Assembly (NCBI GenBank): GCA_951406725.2
Contig: OX597829.1
Location: 36,456,001 to 36,520,000 of the forward strand
Source of the DNA: Octopus vulgaris
Lineage: Eukaryota
Reading direction: 5' to 3'
DNA length: 64,000 nt
Every line of letters starts with the position of its first letter. The stretch's first letter is position 1. Positions 53,175 through 64,000 of this stretch are shown piece by piece. The notes beneath the pieces are model-generated. The model worked only from the letters and a program-made list of their open reading frames with translations, was not told the origin of the DNA and ran no database searches. The position numbers were made by a program, and so were the translations under genes.

Positions 53175-55863
53175 CAACAGACAGACAGATATATAGATAA
53201 ATAGATACACATATATATAAGACATGTTAAAAATAATGGTCATTACGTATAATTCCTTTATTAGAGCACAAAATGTATAATACGTAATTTTTAAAATGTT
53301 ATATTTTCAAAATGATGAAAATTTATATTAAAGCATTTCAAATATCGATTTGTTTCATTTTTTGTGTGATTAGATGTAATTGGTAAAACTATTTAAATAA
53401 TCTCTATTTGTACAATAAAGTTTTAGGCGATAAAACTTTAATTTCCGCGACAGATGTATTCTTTATATCAAAATCTTCTAGGTAAAATTGCGATTTCAAT
53501 TGACAGCAAATGCTACCGTCAACACTTCAGGCACAATATATGATGAAATATGTTGTTTGTATTTTCTTCATGCGTTCTTTCTGTTTTGTTATTTGTTCTT
53601 TCATCCAAATTTTCGCCACAATATCCTTCCTTTTTCCTCTCTTTACCTTCTCTTTATTAGCGTTTCGAAACCTCTTCAAAATCTCCAGACGCATAATGGC
53701 AAGGTGAAAGAGATGTTGCTATTTCAAATAATCGTATTCATTTCACTTGAACTTTGACCCAACTGACACTGTCGCATAATAAAGAAGTTTTCTTCACATT
53801 TTGAGATCTTCGGGGAAGTATGCTGGAGTTAGGTCATCTTCCGTGCTTAAAACATAAAATCTCATTAATAATCTCATAATTTACTCTGCAGGTACTGCTT
53901 CAATTATAGAGACCATAAAAATTGAACTACATATAATAAATTAAAGAATATTTCAGGATTTCTTGATCGTAAATAAGTTATAGCTGTATGTTATTCGTCT
54001 TCAGCTAAATCCATTATTTGACATATTCTGACTCATGAGAAGGGAATTATTTTTAAAGATATTATTATTAATTCAAAATGATTGCATTGGTTAAGTTCAT
54101 TGAATTTCTTTAACTTTCTGCCTTGGTGGGCACCATTTATTTATTTTATTTTTTATAAGAGACGTCTTTGAATGTTAATATAGCTTAGAATAAAAAATTT
54201 ATATTTACTTTTTAGGAGATCATTAAAGTTTCGTTGATTTGCATATTCAGTTCAGTAAATAATATAAACCGTTACTTCACACTTAAATATCCCTTTAGAT
54301 CACTCGTTTAAACTGTTGCCATGGATGAACTTACTTCTTCGTAAGTCACTAACTGGTAGTTTATATTCAGTTTCAAATTAATGCCTGGGATTACAAGATA
54401 AATACTGTGGTTACAAAAACTCACACAGATAAACAAGCGCATATACATATGTAAATGAGCGTGCATGCACACACACATGCAACTACACACACAAACAAAC
54501 ATACATACATATAACACAACTCACAATACTGTAGTTTGATTACCATTTTCTTAAGGAATCATTCACTGGTTCATAGTATTTGTATTGGCGATCGTTAAAA
54601 GGCATTGCCTATTACTTGGTGGTGCGGAACAACTAATTTCAGCGGGGAATTCTTTCAAAAGGCAATGTTTTCTTTCTTCACCGATGTTTACATACTTTGC
54701 TAATATGGATTACCGGAAGATAAATTCATGCATATGTGTGCATGCACGCACGCATATCATAAAATATAGTCTGTTAATGATAATAGATAGCAAGTTCATA
54801 CTCAAGAAGTGACTAGCAGTCATCAGATGATGAATAGCAAACTTGCTCAAGATAATGTGGTAAGACTCAATCATAATTTTCACAAACCTGATTAATAATA
54901 ACAGTGGAAAATCAGTTCTGGGATATTCGATAAGTGGTCCTCTATCATAATAAAGCGTTAGAAGGTAGTAGAATCACAGAGAAGATTAAATATATCACAA
55001 AATACTTCACTCTCCAATACCAAGAAGAGACTCTGTAACGCAATTTGGTTTATATTTTCTGATATGCATGTTCTAATCAACCGACGGTATAGAAAGTTTT
55101 TTGGGTTTTAGGGGTTACACACCATATATTTTATTAACAACCTCAATGACAATTGAGTTAAAGTCGACAAATTTCTGGAAAAAGAAGTACCTATCACCTG
55201 GCTATTTAAAACTCCCTCACCATCAACAACAGCAACTATGCTGACCAATTTTTACTCCCAAAGATGAGGCTACTGTAGAAAAGGATGATACAATATTTGC
55301 AACGTAATGTTTCAAACAGTTAGGGAGAAAACAAGGAGAAATGAGAAGTTACTCATTTTGCCTCCGTTGCCAATTATATATATATAAAACACAGTAAAGT
55401 TGTGAGGTACCGTACGGGTGGAAATGTATATGAAAAAGGTTTGGAAATGCAATTTTAAAAATGATTATTCACTTGACCGATTTCACTTTTTTGGAAAAGG
55501 ATTGTCAAAAGTAAAATGTAAAGCTTTGCATAAGCTTTGTTGTATTAAGTACTGGTTATCACAAAAGTATTAAAATACAGTTATACATTCTTAGATTATA
55601 ATAAGAAAATGTTAAAAACAGTTTACAAGAAAGTATTTAAGAAAGTATTCAGAATGAGACCACAAAAAGTATTTTGCGTTCAATAAAAATCATGTTTGTT
55701 TCGTAGTATATATATATATATTGGCTTAAGTTTTTCATTGTATGATTTACCTAATAGTGGTTTTGTCTCTAATTTAATATAATATGATATTTTACTATAA
55801 AATTGGATTCAATCCTAAATCTGATTTTTCCCTGTAAGTTTGGATTTATTCCCTAATATTTAT

Positions 55864-55907
<44 letters not shown>

Positions 55908-56158
55908 GGAGATATATTTAAGAATTTACAAACAATTGTAGAAGAATAACTGACCTGTCTTTCTGACATTTTGTCTTGTGCATAGCAAAGGAATGTTTTC
56001 TATTTTAAGGGACAGTGTGGGAGGTTAGTTGGGCGGGGGAGGAAGGAAGAGCAATGTGGAATTAAAAAGAATTAGCCTGTTATGGTTCAGTGGTTTGGGG
56101 GACAGGTCTTAGAGGTCAAAATGGTGTAAGTGTGTCTCTCTGTGCACTTCCCTATGTG

Positions 56159-56197
<39 letters not shown>

Positions 56198-57072
56198 GTG
56201 TTTGTGTTTTATATTTGGTAGGATGGTGTGTGTATGTGCGTTCACGTTTGTGTGTGTGTACACACCATTCTGAAATGTTCGTATTGGAAGTTCGGGCGCG
56301 AATGCCAAGCAGTATAGCATGTCATTTCCAAATTTCTGGCAGAGTGAATTGCATCATGGTGTTGTTTTTCTCACAGACAGTGCCCAACTGACCCTACTAT
56401 GCTGTGTAATTGACAAAATCAAAAACAAACAATGTGCACCAGGAGCATCAAGGAAGAAAATTCCTCTGCTTTTTTTCTGACAATTGTGGAACGCCGCACG
56501 CACACTCACACACAGATACATATACATGCAGTATCAAAATCAGATGAAATAGACGTGTGTGTATGAGAGAGAGGGAGTGAGAAAGAGAGAGAGCGAGTGA
56601 AGGGATGTGTCGTCATGTATACGTACATACATAATGAATAGGCATACATCCTTCTTGTATGTATGTGAGATAGAGAGTGAGTGTGTGTATGTGAGAAAGA
56701 GTGTGTCACTTAGGCAACACTGTCTCTCTCTCTCACACAAACACACACAAATGCTTACATACAAAAAAGATGTATGTAGATGTATTTATGTATGTACGTA
56801 TACATTACAACACACTCTTCACTCACCCACACACAGACACAGACACATACATAAATGTATACAAACGTACATACGAAAACACACGTGTGCGTGTGTGGCT
56901 GAGTACAAATACATACAGCTGAACACAGCGTGAAAAGGGAAATAAGTAATTTTACGGAAATTAACGAAGTGTGCGAGTTCAAGCAAAATAATGCCCATAT
57001 TTTTTGGACGCCCCATGTTGAATTGCAAAATTTTAACGTGATATTTGTGTAATAAAGAAATCAAACCTGAAG

Positions 57073-57123
<51 letters not shown>

Positions 57124-57249
57124 ATGTGTGTGTGAGAGAGACATAGAGAGAGAGAGAGAGGGAGAGAAGTAGAGAGAGAAAGAACATTGCAAACAATGAA
57201 TGAGATAGACATGGAATGAAAAAAATCGTATAAATAAAAGCACGTTAAA

Positions 57250-57965
57250 AACTATCTTAATGGTAATGTTTTCCATCTTCATCTCTCTGTATAATGCTTG
57301 TGGGTTGGAAGCAAACTTACGATTGATACTGATTCGTTCAAACATTCGCATGCGATAGCGGAGTTTCTCGCTCATCGTCCTGAGTTCATTGTTTTAAAGT
57401 GTTTTAAAGCTCGGCGTGAAGAGTTGCTATAAAGTTCCGTTAATTTTTACCTAAGGTAGAGTTGGTGAGGTGTAAACCCATTTTACTCCTTACATTTTAT
57501 TGTTGTAGTTAACCATCCAATATGGCGGCGTATGTTATTGATGTTTTCTTCAAGTTTTGCTTTCCATCTAGGTTGTTTCCGTTTAATAATTTCATTACTC
57601 TGTTCACTGTAGATTTCTCTTAGGTGTTCTTTAAGAATGATAGCAGCTGTGTATATAAGAGTATTAATATTCCAGTAATTAACATCACGTGATTCCATGT
57701 GCTCTCCAGTAACATTGTTGATAACTTTAAACATTAGATCGGTAGGATTTTTTCTCACTCTTATTGGGAATGGTCTGTTGCTCAACGAAATCTTCGAGAA
57801 AGTAGCAAAATTTGGGGAGAATTGTAATTTTAAAATGTTTTTGAGTTGTATGTATACAGCAGTCTTCGCTATTGAGTCAGATAAATTTGGAGACACACTC
57901 AAATTTAACGATGGTGGGATCGGTGGTTTACATTATTTTTTACGCCGCTTCAGGTAGACTTTGGC
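57250..57965 (-). mobile_element. N-terminal relic of an R4-like LINE next to (TATG)n
   Basis: YWNINTLIYTAA, KQPRWKAKLEENINNIRRHIGWL and INRKFASNPQALYREMK, parallel to the N-terminal motifs at 17900-18270. Confidence 0.65.
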
Positions 57966-58105
57966 CCATTTTCAGTGTATGCATGCATGCATGTATGTAT
58001 ATATGCATGCATGTATGTATGTATGTATGTATGTATGTATGTATGTATGTATGTATGTATGTATGTATATGAGGTGTGGATGGATGGATGGATGGATGTG
58101 CAATT

Positions 58106-58248
58106 GTGGCTGAGCGTTATGAAGTTTGTTTCTCAACCACATGATTCCGGGTTCAGTTCTACTACTGAGAACATTGGACTAGTGTCTTCTATTATAGGCT
58201 AAGGAAGACCAAAGTGGATTTGAAAGAGGGAAGCTAAAAGAAGTACGT

Positions 58249-58317
<69 letters not shown>

Positions 58318-58520
58318 TTTCGTGTCTGTGTTTATCCCCCACCATGGTTTGATAACCAATGTTGGTCTGTTTGTTTAAGGTTTTCGGCAAAAGAGACCAA
58401 CAGAATAAGAAGCAAGCTTTAGAAAATTAAGTACAGGAGTCGATTCGTTTAATTAAAACTCCTTTAATGTGGAGCCCCAGCATGGCCGCAGTCTAACACT
58501 GAAACAAGTAAAAGAGAAGA
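58106..58520 (+). mobile_element. SINE family 1, diverged
   Basis: aaccacatgattccgggttcagt head, internal (GT)n, cagcatggccgcagtc tail. Confidence 0.78.
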
Positions 58521-58522
58521 GA

Positions 58523-58556
<34 letters not shown>

Positions 58557-58755
58557 TGTATGTATATCCTATTTAAAGAATTGAGTAGAATTTTTCTTTC
58601 TTACACACACATTAGTATACATACATTCACACACAGATACATTTATATACATATATATATATATATATAATTTAATAAGGGTAGAAATTGATATTAATCA
58701 ATTAAAACCAGTGGCCTAGCATATTAAAAAAATCCAAAGATTAAAATATTTTTAC

Positions 58756-58937
58756 ATACAAAATTTAAAGGACTGACCACTAAAAGTGGATGGTCAACAT
58801 GCTAGATATAGACGTCAAATCGCTATTTTTAATGATTTGGTTTGTGCTGAGTTTTTTTATTTGTGGAAAATAGCGATTTGACGTCTATATCTAGCATGTT
58901 GACCATCCACTTTTAGTGGTCAGTCCTTTAAATTTTG

Positions 58938-58940
<3 letters not shown>
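58756..58940. repeat. 74-bp perfect inverted repeat with 37-bp spacer
   Basis: 58756-58829 is the reverse complement of 58867-58940. Confidence 0.95.
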
Positions 58941-58968
<28 letters not shown>

Positions 58969-58971
58969 TGA

Positions 58972-59250
58972 GCCGATCAACAGAACAGTCTACTCGTGAA
59001 ATGAACGTGCAAATGAGCACTCCGCAGACACGTATATCCCCAACCTAGTTCCCATAGAGATTCTGCATGACACCGAATATGATGTGGCTGGCCCTTTAAA
59101 ATACGCGTACTACTCATTTTTGCCAGCTGAGTTCCCTGGAGCAACTTTAAATAAAGTGTCTTGCTCAGGATAAAACGCAACACCAGGGATCGAATTCACG
59201 CCCTTACGCTCGTGAGCCGAATACCCTAACCACTAAACCACGCATCTTCA
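58972..59250 (-). mobile_element. Diverged SINE sharing its 3' part with family 3
   Basis: aacagtctactcgtgaaatgaacgtgcaa..gagcactccgcagacacgt matches the reverse of ~40305-40375; tRNA-like head at ~59180-59245. Confidence 0.7.
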
Positions 59251-59807
59251 TTTACACACACACACACACACACATGCACATATATACATACACACACATC
59301 AAATATATTTGACTGGTTAACACTTTTGATCGTCCGAGTGTAGTAGATTTTGTTTGACTCGGAAGAATTCAGTACTTCGATTGCACAGAAATTAATCATT
59401 TCCCGTTAGATGTCGGATTGATTTAAAAGTGAAAAGAAAATGGTTTGGTAAAACCGTAACTGATCGACTATTATATATTTGATGTCGTCGGGTGACAGGT
59501 CCTAGTGAAAGTTCAATATCCTATGGTAATGAAGTCAAAGTTATAAGTGACGTTAATTACAAGTGTATGAAATACAACACACAACAGTTTCTAAATGTGA
59601 TTACTACCATTTTCCAAAACGACAAGAAACTTTAAGGAATTCAATTGCAGAGTATCTGCAGCTTTGTGAAGATGGTCTACATAATAGTTATCGCCTTTCC
59701 AGGTTAGATATAGTCAATGTGTTCTTTTTCGTTATTTACGCATTTATAAATTTACATTTTCTGTGCATGTAGGTAACATGAACAGACATACAACTTGCAA
59801 AATACCA

Positions 59808-59825
59808 ATTATTATTATTATTATT

Positions 59826-59860
<35 letters not shown>

Positions 59861-59958
59861 CATCATCATCATCATCATTATCATCATCATCATCCTTATC
59901 GTCGTCATTATTGTTGCTATTGCTTTGTTTCCGTCTTCTAATTATTATTATTATGGTC

Positions 59959-60041
<83 letters not shown>

Positions 60042-60051
60042 CATTATTATT
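59808..60051. repeat. (TTA)/(TTG)/(TCA) compound microsatellite
   Basis: Directly visible. Confidence 0.95.
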
Positions 60052-62630
60052 TTCATATACACTCAACAGATTAGACTGTTGGAAAAGAGAAGAATCCTAA
60101 CATCAGGCTACAAGTAGCCTTAAATGCCAAGAACCCTCCTAAGTATCCTAGCCGTCCCTGATAACACTGTTTTCTGCAACTGTACTTAATTGGTTTTTAT
60201 TAACCCTATCCATTGTTCAGATCTTTAGGGATAGTTCCCGATGCACCTATAACTACTGGGATACATTTTACCCGAACTTTCCATAGTTTCTGTAATTCAA
60301 TGGCTAGATCCTGGTACTTTGCTATCTTTTCGAAACGTCTCCTTTTTTCATCATTTGGGACTATTAAGTCAGTTACCTGGCACTTTCTATTCTCTTTTTC
60401 TACAACTACTACTACTACTACTACCACTACCACCACCAAATCAGGCATTCTAACTTCTATTACTCTGTCAGACAGAATGTCAAAGTCCCACATCTCGTAT
60501 TTCTTACTTTCTAGTACTTTACTAGGTTCATGTTCATACCATTTATCAGTAAGTTCAAATCTTACGTATCTACATAGCACCCAGTGGCTTGCTCTCCCTA
60601 GGTTGTCATGTCATTCCTTGTATTCTTTCTGATCCAGCATGCTACATTCACTTATTATGTGAGTAACGCTTTCCAATTTTGATTTGCATAATCTGCATTG
60701 GAAATCAACTTGGTTTTTGTCTATTTTGGATTTTATCCAATTAGTCCTTAAAGCTTGATCTTGTGCAGCTACTAACAAGCTCTCTGTCTTCCTCTTGAGT
60801 TTTCCTTTCTCGAACCATAACCATGTTACACTACCACTGTTTGTTGCAAATATCTTTGGGATTCTACCATGCAACGCCTTCCCCTGCCAGTCAGATAATA
60901 TCTGTTCTTCTTTCTGGTTTTTAACTTCGTTTAGATTTTCGGTGTCCTTGTGTCTTGCCGTGACTCTGGCAACTTTTAATAAACTTTTTTTTTACTATTA
61001 CCTACATAGGCGTCTATATCTACTCTATCTAACTCCACACAGTCTTCTACTGATATTAACCCTCTTCCACCTTCCTTTCTAGGAAGGTATTATCTTGCTA
61101 CTCCTACCATTGAATGGAGTCCTCCATTCATATTGAATTCCTTCCTTGTTCTGTCTATCTTTGCTGATTAGTTTTTGTCCAATCTACAACAGCTGCTGAG
61201 TATCTAAGTGATGACACTGCCCAAGTATTTACAGCCTTCGGACCATTTAGTTTTGACTTCGTTATTGTCTACCTGTCCCCTTCTCATGACTAATATTGCA
61301 CACTTATCTATGCCAAATTCTATGCCTGTATCTTTGCTGAAGAGTCTTCTCCATTCTTACTAAAAGGCTTGAGACCATCCTATTAAACTGAGGGGTATCA
61401 AACACTAGACAAATATTAAAGGAGATAACGTGACCCCTTCGAAAATTCCTCTTTTGATATCAACTTTCCCTAAGAGTGTGTCACCTGTGTATATATCAAC
61501 TTTCCATTTCTTCATGCTAAAGCTAATTAATTCTCTTATGTTGTCTGCTATACTGAATATACTCAAACATTCACTCATCCATGAGTTTGGGATTATTTCA
61601 TAGGCTTTCCTATAATCTATCCATTCTATTGTTAGATATTTTTTCTAGCTTTTACTTCATTTAGAACTGCTTTGTCTATATATAATAGATCATGCTTTCC
61701 TCTAGCCTTCTTCCTGCATCCTTTATGTTCTTCTTGTACTAACTTTTGGTTTCAAGGTGCTCGTAAATGCTTTCTAAAAGCATTTCTGTTAACAGCTTCC
61801 ACACTAATGGTAAGCATGTGGTTGGTCTATAGTTGCTAGCTGTACTACCCTTGTTCTTATCCTTCATAACGTGTATTGTCCTCCCTCTAGTCATCCAATT
61901 TGGTATTATTCCCCCATTAAGGCAATCCTGAAGTTGTTCCCTCAGACTCCTTGTAAACTACTGAATTTCTTTAGCCATTACCCTTGAATTAAATCTGGTC
62001 CTGGGCCCTTCGAATTCTGCATTTTCATAACATTTTACTTATTAATACACTAGTCAATATTAGATCTGGCTGGTTCTCACTCATTACTTCTTCCCTCACT
62101 ATTTTTAACCATACTGCATCTACATTATTATCGACCGACTGGTTTATCCCAAATATTACTCCAGAACTTTCTAGCTTCCTTTGGATTAGTTTTCTCATCT
62201 TCACATCTTCAGTACTTTGTTCTCCACTATTTATTTGGATATAAAATCTCATCTGGTCTGTCTCAAATAATCTCTTCAACCTACATTTCTGCCATCAACT
62301 TTCTGTTCCTGATAGTATTACTTTGATCAACTAATCTCTGCTCAGTCACTTTTGACACACCCTTCTCTACCAAAAGTATTAATATTCGTTTCCTATAGCC
62401 CCTTCTTTTAGGTTCACTTTATAAGTAGCACTTTATCTCCATCCTGTTTTCTTTGCTGATCTATTTCCTTCTCCTTACTCTATTTACCTGCTGATGCTGT
62501 ATTAGAATGACAGCTATGATCAGTCTGCATCTTTACTGAACCACTGCCGAGCGAGAGGCCTTCCCTTTAAGGTCCAGCTTCATTTTCTCTGTTACAACCA
62601 GTGTTTTTTTCTGAAATTCCTATCTCTCGT
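60052..62630 (-). mobile_element. Long decayed R4/Dong-like LINE
   Basis: FETDQMRFY, SNYRPTTCLPL, KRGIFEGVTLSPLIF, IEFGIDKC, TESLLVAAQDQAL, CRLCKSKLESVTHIISEC, KIAKYQDL, IPVVIGASG; 3' end at (TAA)n. Confidence 0.88.
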
Positions 62631-62734
62631 AAGATGAGGTAAGGTAACGTTTGTCACCATCGTCATCACCATTATTATTTCTCGACATCTGAAAGTTTCA
62701 AGCAACTTTATTATTATTATTATTGTTGTTGTAG

Positions 62735-63875
62735 TCTTTGCACAGCTTCTAACGCTGGAGATGTACTACGGTTTCAGCTGTTCACTACCAATGAACTAAG
62801 GTAAGACCCCTCATTTTTCGAGCAACATCCGGAGTATTCGAGCGGTTCCAAGCAGTACTGCTTTCTCCAAGTGCTTCACTCTTATTGCAGCCCCTATTTT
62901 TTTCCATATACTTCTCAAGATTTTTGCTCACTGTTCCCAGGGCTCCGACAATTATTGGTACTACTACCACTTTTTTCAGCAACCACAACTGCTTAACCTT
63001 CCAAGCTAACCTGTCATATCTATCGACTTTTCTATCGCATATCTTGTTGTCAGCTAGGCATTCTATATCTATGATCCAACGTAGTTTGATTTCTTTCTCA
63101 ATTAAGACTATGTCCGGCTTCCTATTCTCTATCTCATGGTCGCACTGAACCATAAAATCCCATAGGATCTTTGCATTTCTATTTTCTTCAGGTTTGTGGT
63201 CGAACCAATTTTTTGCTCTGTCAAGTCCATACTTGTTGCAAAGTGTCCAATGGATAAGCCTGGTTATATTGTCGTAGCGTCTCTTATATTCCTTCTGGGC
63301 TAGTGGCGTACATTGGCTGGTAATATACCATACGGTTTAACCATTTTGTCCACAGATTCTGCACTTATTTTCTGATATGTTGTCTATTTCGTATTTGATG
63401 TAATTGGATTTTTAATGCTTGCTCTCAGGCAGTCTGTCTTATCTTCATATCCCTATGAAATTGTCCATGCATTCTTTTCTTTATCCACCTATTTTTAGTT
63501 TCATTCATTCTCAAGTGCTTGTCCTTGCAGTCATCCATCCTACACAATGCTAGCCCGTCCATACATTTGATTTTGCCTGTTTTCAATACAAACATACTAC
63601 AGTTTTTCAGTTCGAATTCTATTCCGATATCAGCACTGAAAGTATACACCGTTTCAACGAGGGAGCTGACTTGGGAATCATCTTTACCATAAAGTTTGAG
63701 ATCATCCATGAATAACAAGTAGTTGACATTTTATTGGCAGCTTTTGAATACATACCCATCTTTTGCTTTCCTCAGAAGCATTGTTAGTGGTATCTTGAAC
63801 AGTAAAAAGATCGGTGGGGACAGGCAATACCCTTAGAAGATCCCTCTCCTGATTTCGATTGTCGCCACCAACACT
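62735..63875 (-). mobile_element. Second tandem R4/Dong-like LINE, truncated/deleted
   Basis: LLFMDDLKLYGK (RT), KRMHGQF, RKPDIVLI, VVPIIVGALG; short (TTA)n at its 3' end (62708-62724). Confidence 0.85.
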
Positions 63876-64000
63876 TCTCCAACTACAACAACCGACCAAA
63901 AGAAAACACTCTCAACAACAATCAAACACACAAACACCAAACTTCGTGCAAGTGATGAGGTCAAATACAAAATTAATAGACCCCCTGTCACGAAGGAAGG

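Overview
Eukaryotic, AT-rich, microsatellite-dense DNA made almost entirely of decayed repeats. The SINE families and the density of (TA)n/(CA)n/(TACA)n/(TAA)n arrays suggest an Octopus-like cephalopod (inference from recall, not from a search). No intact host gene is visible; the only host-gene trace is a ~190-bp adducin fragment. Recognisable content: at least six R4/Dong-like REL-endonuclease LINE copies sitting in (TAA)n or (TACA)n arrays, Penelope-like elements (RT + GIY-YIG, inverted pseudo-LTR), L1/Tx1, RTE and CR1-like relics, a Helitron, MULE, Chapaev3-like, mariner and pogo/Tigger DNA transposons, and four tRNA-derived SINE families. The strongest non-obvious signals are (i) six hammerhead-ribozyme-like motifs in Penelope pseudo-LTR sequence, three with a CCGANGA core; (ii) a tandem ~550-bp non-coding element confined to (TAA)n next to a Dong-like LINE; (iii) apparent partitioning of microsatellite targets among retroelement families; (iv) many locally templated inverted duplications. 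Most ORFs in the supplied track are microsatellite artefacts. Coordinates of decayed relics are approximate, and all family assignments rest on motif recognition by eye.
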